This document shows, in pieces, positions 43,780 through 52,867 of a stretch of 64,000 nt of DNA; position 1 is the stretch's first letter, and every line of letters starts with the position of its first letter. The stretch lies in contig CAZVKE010000008.1 in assembly GCA_964627815.1 (NCBI GenBank), positions 182,116 to 246,115 of the forward strand, written 5' to 3'. A program made the translations under genes and the position numbers. The DNA is from an uncultured Leptospiraceae bacterium (GTDB lineage Bacteria > Spirochaetota > UBA4802 > JAGODF01). The notes under the pieces are model-generated. The model did no database searches and had not been told where the DNA came from. It worked only from the letters and a program-made list of their open reading frames with translations.

Positions 43780-44574
43780 ATGAAAAGGGAGGTCAAAGCC
43801 GTAATATTGTCAGTTCTGGTCGTCCTGATGATTTTTATGGTGGGTAATGGGAATATTAATATATCCGCACAGACACAGGATCAAGCGGCCAAGGGACAGC
43901 AGGCCGAAAAGCAGAGTACACTGGCCAAAGAGGGACTTGTCTGGGACTGGATGAACGATTTTGAGAGCTGTGAAGACTGGCGAGCTGTTGCCACCTGTCC
44001 CCTCGGCGAGACTAAAATAAGGAAGATTGACGGGAGGCCGATTACCGTTGACGATAACGGAACGAGTCAGACCGTTACGATCGAAGACCTCGGGCTGCAG
44101 AAAAACAATGAAACCAGCGGCAAGGACGAAAACGGTTACGATCATGACGTGAAATATGTACTCGGCGTACGTACCTATTTCATGGACAGGGGATTTGATC
44201 GCGTGGAAGTTTTCCCGCCGAACGAATATGTGGTCCGGGGAAAAGCGAAGGAAATACGGGTATGGGCGCTGGGAAGAAAATTCAGGCACACGCTCTATGT
44301 CAAATTGAGAGATTACCGCGGCGATATCCATAAACTGAAAGTCGGAAGGCTCGATTTCTGGGGATGGAAAGAATTATCGGTGGTTATCCCGGGGTGGTTG
44401 CCGCAATCCACACGATACGCGTTGCTTGATAAGAACCTTCATTTTGTATCTTTCTTCGTTGAATCCGATAATTATGAGGTGCCCGGAACGTTCTACTTCT
44501 ATCTGGATAATTTCAGAATACGGACTGACCTCTCTGAGTTTACCGGGGATGAATCGATCAGGGACAACTGGTAA
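43780..44574 (+). CDS. flaA: Flagellar filament outer-layer (sheath) protein FlaA, paralog 1
   Basis: 264 aa. Signal peptide, then FlaA-family pattern YVLGVRTYF..., IRVWALGRKFRHTLYVKLRDYRGDIHKLKVGRLDFWGWKELSVVIP, FYLDNFRIRTD. Confidence 0.75.
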   Translation: MKREVKAVILSVLVVLMIFMVGNGNINISAQTQDQAAKGQQAEKQSTLAKEGLVWDWMNDFESCEDWRAVATCPLGETKIRKIDGRPITVDDNGTSQTVTIEDLGLQKNNETSGKDENGYDHDVKYVLGVRTYFMDRGFDRVEVFPPNEYVVRGKAKEIRVWALGRKFRHTLYVKLRDYRGDIHKLKVGRLDFWGWKELSVVIPGWLPQSTRYALLDKNLHFVSFFVESDNYEVPGTFYFYLDNFRIRTDLSEFTGDESIRDNW

Positions 44575-44607
44575 AATTTGAGGAAACAGGAAAGAATGGA
44601 GGCTTTT

Positions 44608-45468
44608 ATGAAAATGAAATATACCGCATTTATAATTATGGTGTTGTTCATCACGGGATACCTTCTGATTCCCCAGCGGGGTTTCTCGAGGATACAGACA
44701 AATGTGGCGCCTGATATCAGCGCTGATCAGTTGAAGGCTTTCGTCGTTGAGGATTTTGAAGATGAAAGCAAAATCGGTTCTGAGGACGGATGGCGCCTTA
44801 CAAGCGTGCCACGCCAGTTAAAAGAAGACAGCAAGAAGATGAAAAATCCTGTTCCGGTGCTAGAACAGAAAATTATAGCCGGACGCCCCAATGATATGAG
44901 GCCGGATGTATGGTCCGCTAACGAGAAGGGAATCAAGAACGACCGCGTTGATAAAGTTCAGAAAGTGTACGGAGTACATTTCAGGTTCCAGTATCCTGGC
45001 GACAATTCGGTTCATTTTGAGCCGCCGGTAAATCCCGAGCTCACTCCGGCCGGAAGCAATGAAAAATTCAGAGGCATCAAGCTTCCGGGACGTGCTCGTG
45101 CTCTGTCGATGTGGGTACACGGAAGAGGCAACGATTACAACCTCGAAGCGTGGATCAAGGATTATACGGGAAGGGTTCACATCATCTCGTTCGGTTCCCT
45201 CAACTTTGTCGGTTGGAGACCGATGAGGGCATATATCCCGGTTAACATCCCGCAATCGGTTGATTCCTATCCTCAGACCAAGTTCCTTCGGGTAGAGCGT
45301 TTTGTCCTTCGCGCGACGCCTAACGCGAGTACAGAGGATACCTACTTCTTCTTTGACCAGTTGAAGCTGCTTACCGACGACTTTGAAGTCAATTTTGACG
45401 GTCAGGAGCTTGACAAGGCGTTCAGGGGCGACACCGAAAGCAAGGCGGGTGCTCAGCAGAAGCAGTAA
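44608..45468 (+). CDS. flaA: Flagellar filament outer-layer (sheath) protein FlaA, paralog 2
   Basis: Same pattern: YGVHFRF..., LSMWVHGRGNDYNLEAWIKDYTGRVHIISFGSLNFVGWRPMRAYIP, FFFDQLKLLTD. ATG at 44608 follows GGAGG at 5-nt spacing. Confidence 0.75.
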   Translation: MKMKYTAFIIMVLFITGYLLIPQRGFSRIQTNVAPDISADQLKAFVVEDFEDESKIGSEDGWRLTSVPRQLKEDSKKMKNPVPVLEQKIIAGRPNDMRPDVWSANEKGIKNDRVDKVQKVYGVHFRFQYPGDNSVHFEPPVNPELTPAGSNEKFRGIKLPGRARALSMWVHGRGNDYNLEAWIKDYTGRVHIISFGSLNFVGWRPMRAYIPVNIPQSVDSYPQTKFLRVERFVLRATPNASTEDTYFFFDQLKLLTDDFEVNFDGQELDKAFRGDTESKAGAQQKQ

Positions 45469-45494
45469 TCGCAACAGTGCATAGGCAGATGACA

Positions 45495-45525
45495 ATACCC
45501 CCTGAAAATTCAGGGGGTATTTTAT
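45495..45525 (+). terminator. Rho-independent terminator after flaA paralog 2
   Basis: Perfect 11-bp stem ataccccctga/tcagggggtat, a 4-nt loop, then TTTAT. Confidence 0.75.
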
Positions 45526-46072
45526 CAAAAAGGCTGTCTGAAAGGTATTCGAGCGGCCGGGGTCAATAAATAATCAATAACCGCTCCCTTATCATATCCA
45601 TAAATAAATTGCTTGCAAAATAAACAGGATATGATTGAATAACGCCTTACAGTGGCATTTTCCTTTCTCCCTTGCCGTTTCAATTCTTCCTTGTGTCAGC
45701 GTGGATGAAATGTCTGGTGCGGTTAATTATCCGGCGGATTGTTCCGGTTGCGGCGGTAATTAATAAGAAAGGAAATAATGACGCTTTTGCACTATATTTT
45801 ATTGTCATAAAGTTTTCTTTTAAATAGAAAAATTTACTTATGCCTGAAAATACATACAGTCAAGGCGTTCAATACTTTTGAAGAATTGTACCGTTTTCAA
45901 ACGGCATTGCGTTTATAATTCGTATGGCTAATGCGCCGCACCAGTGTCGTACAGGGATTCCATCCGTTCGAAGACAGCACCCCGCATATCGGAGCGCCGC
46001 TGTGCGGTTGAGGGGAGGGCCAGGTCAGGGCCTTGCTTTCAGAGAAAATACCCGTGATTACAGGATGCTGAT

Positions 46073-48778
46073 ATGAAGAAAGAAAAAATTCTCGAAAAGC
46101 TGAATTCTCTTTTTAAAGAAGAATTATGGGGCAGAATAGAGCCGAAAGATGTCGGTATCTCGAAATTCAAGATCCTTGACGACCTTTTTAACGGGATCGT
46201 GAGCGAGGGTATCTTTCAGGAGACGCTTGATGTATGCAAAAAGCACCTTGAGGAGCATCCTAAATCGGTATGTTCGGCGTATCTTCTCGGCACTATCGGC
46301 TATCAGACAGGCGCGATCGAGCATACCGTTCAACTCCGGAAACTGATAGACCTCTTCGCCGAGCACCACAAATGGGCGGTCGTTGAGCGGATCGCCGAGA
46401 AAATCCTTGAGTACGGCGAGAACAGGGTCGCGCTCAAATCGCTGGCGATAAGCCTGGAGCGACTGGGAAAGAACAAGGAGGCGATTCCTGTCTGGGAAAG
46501 CCTGCTCAAGATCGACCGTTTTGACGCCGAGGTTGCCAAGAAACTTGCCTATGCGCTTGTCGACGAGGACAATGATAAAAGCATTCAGTATATGAAGCTT
46601 TCAATAGAAGGCTTCATTAAAAACGGCGATTTCAGCGAAATCCAGCCGCTCTGGAACAAGCTTGTATCCATCACGCAGGATGATATTCAGTTCTTTGAAA
46701 GGATAGAGCGGATGCTGGTGGACGCGAAACAGCTTGAGCTTACGGCGACTCTGCTGAAATCGCTGTTGCACAAGTATCGTGACGAACAGAACCCGGAACA
46801 GTCGATCGAGATACTGAAGCGGATACTCGAGTACATGCCGGACGATAATTCGTCACGGCGGGAGCTTATCCGGTTTTACGAGAAGAAGTACGGCGAGCAT
46901 TCCCAGTATCAGCAGTTTCTCAAAATATCCAAACTTAACAACCTGAAAAGCCATGTCAAAACGGCCATTGTCAATTTTGAACGGAACATCGTCTTCGACC
47001 AGGGGAACTATGTGTTCCACCGCTCGTGGGGAGTGGGGAAAATCGCCGATATCAACAGCGAATTTATCGTAATTAATTTCAAGGAGAAGCCCGAGCACAA
47101 GATGTCGATCCAGATGGCGCTCCAGTCGCTCCAGCCTGTCAACAAGGACCACATCTATGTTATGGAATTCGAGGATCCCGATACGCTGAAGGACCTTTTT
47201 GAAAAGGATTTCAGGCAGTTCTTCGAGCTCCTCATCCGCTCGTATGATTCGCAGATTACGCTTAATGATGTGAAAAAAGAGCTGATCCCGAAATTTATCG
47301 ATGCGAAATCATGGGCGAAATGGTGGAGCAGGAAGCGCACCGAGATCAAGAAGGACCCGCATTTCGCGTTTTCCGAGAAAAAAAAGGACCTTATCTACAT
47401 GCGTGATAAGCCGGTAACCTTCGCCGACGAACTTATAGACCGGTTCACGTCCGCGACGTCATTCAGCGAACACCTGAGCCTTGCGATCGAATTCGTCAAT
47501 AATATCGAGCCGGCCGAGGGCGAGGAGTACGCGCCTTACTTTGTGGACTACTTCACCGATCAGCTCAAGGAGAGTTCGGCGACGAAGCAGGTACTCTCGT
47601 ATTTTATCCTCCGGAGCCTCTCGAAATTCGTCGATCCGAAGAAGCTCAAACTTGATTCGATCAGGGGAAAAATCATTGATCTTATCAAGGAGAGGAATCA
47701 GGACCTGCCGATGATTTCCTTCAAGATCAGCTCGTACGATTATAAAAAGGACTTTGTGGCGCTCATCGAGGAAAGCCGCGAGGACTGGCCTTCGGTCGTT
47801 GCTGAAATTCTGTTCGAAACTCCGGTGCGGATACACAAGTATATCGTCAACGATCTTATCCGCGCTCACGCGTATAATATCATCAATAATTTTATCGACC
47901 GGGTAATCACCGGCGCTAAGCAGTACCCCGAAATATTTTTCTGGGTCGCGCGTAATATCTTTTCGCGGGCATGGGACTATGAATGGATTGACTATTCGAA
48001 AGAGATGCTCGTGCTTGCGTTCTTCAGGGTCATGAACGAACTCAAGAAGATCGAAACAAAGGGCAACCGCCTTAAAAACATGACGCTTGAAACGCTGTTT
48101 GACAATGACGCCGCGGTGCTGCGCTCGATCGTCGATGAAAGCTCGCCGGTATTTTTAGGCAAGCTGTATGATATATTTGCCAATCTCCCGTACGTTGAAG
48201 ATTCGCACCGCGACAGGTTCTATTCGATCGTAAAGAACAGGTACAGCGATTTCAGGCAGGCGGAGCAGGTGAAAGAAGGCGAGGAGTGGGAAGTCGTCGC
48301 GGAAAAACTCATTGTTACGCAGGCCGGCTACGCGCGGATGCAGGCAGAGCTTGAGCACATGACCGGCGACCTCGGAAAGCTTTCAAAGGAATTGAAGGAT
48401 GTGGCCGATGTATCGGGCGATCCGCGAGAGAATGTCGAATATAACCGCCTTATGGAAAACCAGAAGATCCTTGAGATGTCGATCAAAAAGCTCCAGGATG
48501 AGATTAAGAAGGCGGAGATCCTCAACCTGTCCACGGTTTCCACTGAGGCCGTTAATATCGGAACAGCCGTCACGTTTGAGGACATGACAACCGGTGAGAA
48601 AAACCATTATGTGATTCTCGGGCCCTGGGACGCGGATTTTGAGAAGAAGATACTCTCATACCGGTCGCCGATAGCCCGTGTATTTCTCGGCAAAAAAGTC
48701 GGCGATGAGGTTGGCATGCTGGTGGGAGAAGAGAATAAAAAATTCAAAATACTTTCAATCGAAGAGTACAGGCAATGA
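46073..48778 (+). CDS. greA: Transcription elongation factor GreA, long spirochete-type form
   Basis: 901 aa. The C-terminal ~160 aa are a canonical GreA (coiled coil with GDPRENVEY acidic tip, FKBP-like globular domain SYRSPIARVFLGKKVGDEV). The N-terminal ~740 aa are a helical extension. Confidence 0.85.
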   Translation: MKKEKILEKLNSLFKEELWGRIEPKDVGISKFKILDDLFNGIVSEGIFQETLDVCKKHLEEHPKSVCSAYLLGTIGYQTGAIEHTVQLRKLIDLFAEHHKWAVVERIAEKILEYGENRVALKSLAISLERLGKNKEAIPVWESLLKIDRFDAEVAKKLAYALVDEDNDKSIQYMKLSIEGFIKNGDFSEIQPLWNKLVSITQDDIQFFERIERMLVDAKQLELTATLLKSLLHKYRDEQNPEQSIEILKRILEYMPDDNSSRRELIRFYEKKYGEHSQYQQFLKISKLNNLKSHVKTAIVNFERNIVFDQGNYVFHRSWGVGKIADINSEFIVINFKEKPEHKMSIQMALQSLQPVNKDHIYVMEFEDPDTLKDLFEKDFRQFFELLIRSYDSQITLNDVKKELIPKFIDAKSWAKWWSRKRTEIKKDPHFAFSEKKKDLIYMRDKPVTFADELIDRFTSATSFSEHLSLAIEFVNNIEPAEGEEYAPYFVDYFTDQLKESSATKQVLSYFILRSLSKFVDPKKLKLDSIRGKIIDLIKERNQDLPMISFKISSYDYKKDFVALIEESREDWPSVVAEILFETPVRIHKYIVNDLIRAHAYNIINNFIDRVITGAKQYPEIFFWVARNIFSRAWDYEWIDYSKEMLVLAFFRVMNELKKIETKGNRLKNMTLETLFDNDAAVLRSIVDESSPVFLGKLYDIFANLPYVEDSHRDRFYSIVKNRYSDFRQAEQVKEGEEWEVVAEKLIVTQAGYARMQAELEHMTGDLGKLSKELKDVADVSGDPRENVEYNRLMENQKILEMSIKKLQDEIKKAEILNLSTVSTEAVNIGTAVTFEDMTTGEKNHYVILGPWDADFEKKILSYRSPIARVFLGKKVGDEVGMLVGEENKKFKILSIEEYRQ

Positions 48779-50031
48779 ACAGTTTTGATACGTATTTTTC
48801 ATACCAGGGAGATGACCTGACCTGCGAAAGAGTGCAGGTGAAAAAGCTGGCGGATGAGTTCGGCACGCCGCTGTATGTGTATTCAGAGCGGGGCTTTCGC
48901 GACCGCTTCGCTGAAATTGAGAACGCCCTGCAGGGAGTTCCGCACCTTGTGTGCTATTCCATTAAAACAAACTCAAACCTTTCAATTATCCGGCTCATGC
49001 GCGAGCTCGGTTCCGGGTTCGATGTTGTTTCCGGCGGCGAGCTCTACCGGGCGCTCAGGGCGGGCGCGGAACCGTCGAAGATCGTGTTTGCGGGCGTCGG
49101 AAAAACGGCGGAGGAGATAGGCTTTGCAATCGATTCGAAGATACTCATGTTCAACTGCGAATCGATACAGGAGATTGAATCGATCGACGCTATCTCGCGC
49201 GAAAAGGGGGTTGTGACCGATATCGCGATCCGTATCAACCCCGACGTCGACGCCGACACCCATCATTACATCACGACAGGCAAAAAGGAGAACAAGTTCG
49301 GCATTCCCATCGACCAGATCCAGCAGTACCTGAATGTCATCAAAGGGCATTCGGGTGTGCGTCTGAGGGGGATACATACCCACATCGGTTCCCAGATCAC
49401 CACGGTTGATCCTTACAGGAAGACGATCGCGAAAATCGTGGACCTCATTACGGACCTGAAAAAGTCCGGTTTTGCCGACATCGCCTATTTCAATCTTGGC
49501 GGCGGATACGGGATTATCTATAACGACGAGAATCCCTTTGACTTCACCGCGTGGGCCGATGAGATCAGGAAGCGGATCGTGCCGATGGGCCTGACGCTCG
49601 TGATCGAGCCCGGCCGCTTCATCGCCGGAAACAACGGGATATTCATCGCGCGCGTGCAGTACCGGAAATCCGGGGAGAACAAAACTTTCATCATTACCGA
49701 CGGCGGAATGAATGACCTCATCAGGCCCTCGCTGTACGGGGCGTTTCAGAACGTATTGAACTGCGTGCGCCGCGCCGGCTCCGAGAAAGTGGATGTCGTC
49801 GGACCGGTCTGTGAGTCGGGAGATTTTTTTGCCAAGGACCGTGAGATCACCCTTACGGAAAAAGGCGACTGTGTCGCGGTGATGTCGGCCGGCGCCTACT
49901 GCATGTCGATGGCGTCGCGCTATAACTCGCGGCGGCTGCCTGCCGAGATCATGGTGGCGCCGGACGGATCGTACCGTGTCATCAGAAAGCGCGAGTCGTG
50001 GGACGATATGATCGCGCATGAACTGGTTTAG
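48775..50031 (+). CDS. lysA: Diaminopimelate decarboxylase
   Basis: 418 aa. TPLYVY, PLP-lysine region YSIKTNSN, LGGGYG, EPGRFIAG, CESGD. Start overlaps the greA stop (ATGA). Confidence 0.93.
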   Translation: MNSFDTYFSYQGDDLTCERVQVKKLADEFGTPLYVYSERGFRDRFAEIENALQGVPHLVCYSIKTNSNLSIIRLMRELGSGFDVVSGGELYRALRAGAEPSKIVFAGVGKTAEEIGFAIDSKILMFNCESIQEIESIDAISREKGVVTDIAIRINPDVDADTHHYITTGKKENKFGIPIDQIQQYLNVIKGHSGVRLRGIHTHIGSQITTVDPYRKTIAKIVDLITDLKKSGFADIAYFNLGGGYGIIYNDENPFDFTAWADEIRKRIVPMGLTLVIEPGRFIAGNNGIFIARVQYRKSGENKTFIITDGGMNDLIRPSLYGAFQNVLNCVRRAGSEKVDVVGPVCESGDFFAKDREITLTEKGDCVAVMSAGAYCMSMASRYNSRRLPAEIMVAPDGSYRVIRKRESWDDMIAHELV

Positions 50032-50055
50032 CTTTTTTCAAAAGCTAAAAATTTA

Positions 50056-50087
50056 TTTGACAAAATACCGGTATCACTCGCTTATAC
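50056..50087 (+). promoter_or_regulatory. Candidate promoter for tRNA-Leu
   Basis: Perfect TTGACA at 50056..50061. Only weak -10 candidates (GCTTAT/TTATAC, 50079..50087) at 17-19 nt. The tRNA starts at 50104. Confidence 0.3.
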
Positions 50088-50103
50088 ATACTACGTTCAG
50101 CAA

Positions 50104-50187
50104 GCCGCGATGGCGGAATTGGTAGACGCGCCAGGTTCAGGGTCTGGTAGGTGTACGCCTGTGGGGGTTCAAATCCCCCTCGCGGCA
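50104..50187 (+). tRNA. tRNA-Leu (anticodon CAG)
   Basis: Hand-folded cloverleaf. Acceptor GCCGCGA/TCGCGGC, D-loop AATTGGTAGA, anticodon stem CCAGG/TCTGG with loop TTCAGGG, long variable arm, T-arm GGGGG-TTCAAAT-CCCCC, discriminator A. CCA is not encoded. Confidence 0.9.
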
Positions 50188-50198
50188 GATTGCTGAAA

Positions 50199-51803
50199 TC
50201 ACCACTTTTTATGAGCGCTCAGGTTTATGTTGTACTGCTCTTCGCCTGTCGAGAAAAGGTGGTCCCTTCCGAAATACACGTTGATCTCAAACTGATCGAA
50301 GACAATGAAATGTCCCCCGACGCCGTAGGCGATCCCCTGCTGTGTTCCGGTAAGATCGTATCCTGATCCCTCAAATGCCGTGTAATCGAAAAAAATACCG
50401 GTGTAGATATAGTCGCGGTACACCGATATCTGGTATTCGTTTGACACGCGCGCTATCCGTCTCGAGTGATAGCTTTTCCCCATGAATCCCTTGAAGGTGT
50501 CCCCGTCGACAGCAACCTCATAATAAAACGGGCAGTACGGCCAGATGAGCGTTGAATCAAAATTGAGGGAATATATATCGAAGTTGGGGAATTCGAAATC
50601 AAGATTTCCTGTGACCTGGAACACGTTGAACGACCTGCCGTTCCGGTAATGGGCATACACGGTCTTTATATTCCGCGTGATCGGCCTGATGCGGTTCCAC
50701 GGAATGAGATCGAGCACGGCGCGCACTTCAAAGAAATTCCAGTAATCAACCTGGGCCTCTATATCGGCAATATACGAAGCGCCTGTATCCACCCTGCTGT
50801 TGTATGTTTCGACCCGCTCGCCGCCGTATCCGGCGTATATCTTCAACTTTTTGAGAAGTGTAACGCCGGGCTCCAGCGTTCCCCGCAGTATCAGGTATTC
50901 GTATTGCTCGATGCCGATATCGCTTCGGGAGCTCCATGAGCGGTAGGCGTACCCGCGGACCATCGGAGTAAAGTAGTTCTGGAGCGTTGGAGTAAAACTG
51001 TAATTCGAAGAGAGTTCCATAAAAGTCCAGTGAGGCGGTCTTGCGAACTTAAGATCGAAACCGTAATAAATGCCGGCCGAGACTTTGGTGGACAGGAGGT
51101 CTCCCTCGCTGATAAGAGAAGGGTAGTCATATGCCACATAGGGAATGAATCCCTTTGAGTAGCTGGTGCGGATCCCGTAACGAAATCCTTTTTTCTCCTG
51201 CGGCGCATAAGTTTCAAAGAAGACGTTCAGGTCGTACCGCGGCGGATACTGTTCAAAGAACGGAAGCTGGGCCTTCCCGAGCAGGGGGATTTCGAGAGGG
51301 CGGTTGATCTGAAAGAATGACTTGTCATAATCGCGCACAGGCCGGACTTCGGCATACACCCTTTTGAAATCAAACCGCTGCCTGATGAATTCCAGCCTGG
51401 CTTTGAACTCCATTTCATTGTACACGTCATGATCAAGCGAAAGGCGGTAACGCATTTTCACCACATCAATCGCGTTTAATCTGCGGTAGACAATTTTTTC
51501 GATCCGGCCTTCGTCGACAAACAGCTTCAGGGATTTCGGCGTCTCTTCGATAAGAAAAGCTTTTGCGAGCGTGTACCCCCGTGTGTGGTAATAGTGTTCG
51601 ATGGCCGCTGTAACCGCCCCGGTTCGCTGCTGCGCCGCGGGGAGTTTGCTGACACCGGCCTCGGCGATCACCTTTCCCGGTTCGTAGATTCTGAGGCCGA
51701 AAAGCTCGATTTCCCTGTGCGCCTGAGCGTTTAAGGCGCCTGCGGTAAGAAATACCATGGTAAGGGCCAGCATTGCTCGCCGGCGGGGATTTCCGCTATT
51801 CAT
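50199..51803 (-). CDS. Omp85/BamA-family outer-membrane protein (POTRA-like N-terminus plus surface-antigen barrel)
   Basis: 534 aa. Signal peptide, POTRA-like IEHYYHTRGYTLAKAFLIEETPKSLKLFVDEGRIEKI, and barrel end FKGF...FFDYTAF...GVGGHF...SAHKKW. Confidence 0.6.
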   Translation of the reverse strand: MNSGNPRRRAMLALTMVFLTAGALNAQAHREIELFGLRIYEPGKVIAEAGVSKLPAAQQRTGAVTAAIEHYYHTRGYTLAKAFLIEETPKSLKLFVDEGRIEKIVYRRLNAIDVVKMRYRLSLDHDVYNEMEFKARLEFIRQRFDFKRVYAEVRPVRDYDKSFFQINRPLEIPLLGKAQLPFFEQYPPRYDLNVFFETYAPQEKKGFRYGIRTSYSKGFIPYVAYDYPSLISEGDLLSTKVSAGIYYGFDLKFARPPHWTFMELSSNYSFTPTLQNYFTPMVRGYAYRSWSSRSDIGIEQYEYLILRGTLEPGVTLLKKLKIYAGYGGERVETYNSRVDTGASYIADIEAQVDYWNFFEVRAVLDLIPWNRIRPITRNIKTVYAHYRNGRSFNVFQVTGNLDFEFPNFDIYSLNFDSTLIWPYCPFYYEVAVDGDTFKGFMGKSYHSRRIARVSNEYQISVYRDYIYTGIFFDYTAFEGSGYDLTGTQQGIAYGVGGHFIVFDQFEINVYFGRDHLFSTGEEQYNINLSAHKKW

Positions 51804-52089
51804 CTTTGCAGAAAAGTTCTTTCATTGTCTTCATGAGGACTTTCACGTTCTTATCCTTTATTGAATAATACATGAAATTCGCTTCCTTGCGCCTCGTGAT
51901 GACGTTGGCCTTTCTCAGGATTGTCAGGTGCTGTGAGATGTTCGAGATCGTCGATTTGAACTGCTTCTCAATTTCACTCACATTCTTTTCATCATCCATG
52001 AGAAAGCAGAGTATTTCAAGGCGGATCGGATGGGATATGGATTTCAACAGTTCCGCGGTGGAATGTACCTGTTCCTCAGAAAATAGCAT
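51796..52089 (-). CDS. ArsR/SmtB-family transcriptional regulator
   Basis: 97 aa. LLKSISHPIRLEILCFL...NVSEIEKQFKSTISNISQHLTILRKANVI. Its 3' end overlaps the Omp85-like start by 8 nt. Confidence 0.8.
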   Translation of the reverse strand: MLFSEEQVHSTAELLKSISHPIRLEILCFLMDDEKNVSEIEKQFKSTISNISQHLTILRKANVITRRKEANFMYYSIKDKNVKVLMKTMKELFCKDE

Positions 52090-52229
52090 AACCCCTCTCG
52101 TAAGGATAGTGCGGCATTATCATTTCAGTATTAAACGAATTTATGAAACTGTGTACGTAATGTCAATATTTTTATCATGATTTCGGCAGGAACTCCAACA
52201 CTGTTTTTCCTGCCGAAGCGTGCGGATCA

Positions 52230-52568
52230 CTATTGAAAGGCAAGCTGGGGGGCTGAATCTACATTCAAATGTTTACGTGTTTCGCTCTTTTCTACTTTAA
52301 ACGCGGGTGTGAAATAATCCGCAATTTTCATCATTATGAAAAGACGGTGGAGTGAAGGGGATATTTTGAGAACAAGGGTTCCTCCCCTCTCATCAACAAG
52401 TCCTTTTACATGTATGAGAAATCCGATGAATGAGGAGTGTATTTTCTCTGTTCCTGTCAGATCGAATATTATGACCTGGGGGGCCGCTTCCCTTTCAATC
52501 CTTTTGACGTACTGGGGAACGAGACAGAAGTCTATTTCTTTCGGAAACGTCCATGTTATCTGGTTCAT
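52230..52568 (-). CDS. STAS-domain protein (anti-sigma-antagonist-like, HSS in place of DSS)
   Basis: 112 aa. VIIFDLTGTEKIHSSFIGFLI aligns to the STAS phospho-loop region. Confidence 0.6.
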   Translation of the reverse strand: MNQITWTFPKEIDFCLVPQYVKRIEREAAPQVIIFDLTGTEKIHSSFIGFLIHVKGLVDERGGTLVLKISPSLHRLFIMMKIADYFTPAFKVEKSETRKHLNVDSAPQLAFQ

Positions 52569-52867
52569 GTGAACTCTCGCTATGGTTAATTCACTCAGCG
52601 CAACGTCCTTTTTGCGCTTTCAGGATATGTTTCTTTATTTCCTGATATTATTATTATCGAATGTTTTTTAAAACGGATTAAGACTTTTTTTCTGAAAAAT
52701 GCGGCGATAATGTCAGGAATGGCGGTATCAACTTTTTAAAATTTAATATTTAATTTTTGTAGTATTGTATCAAAAATAGTTGAAAAAAAAGCTTTCCAAT
52801 AATTATTGGATTTAGTGTTCCCTAAATGCTATCTTAATGGTAATTCTCTCTACGCGAAGGCCTGAAT

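Noticed and set aside
46018-46040. A CCAGGTCAGG string reminiscent of the SRP (4.5S) RNA domain IV.
   Set aside because: The following bases do not continue into the conserved GGAAGGAAGCAGCC core, and no long closing helix is present.
50104-52568. A tRNA-Leu followed by ArsR, Omp85-like and STAS genes, considered as a possible tRNA-targeted genomic island.
   Set aside because: I found no integrase, no direct repeat of the tRNA 3' end, and no obvious compositional break.
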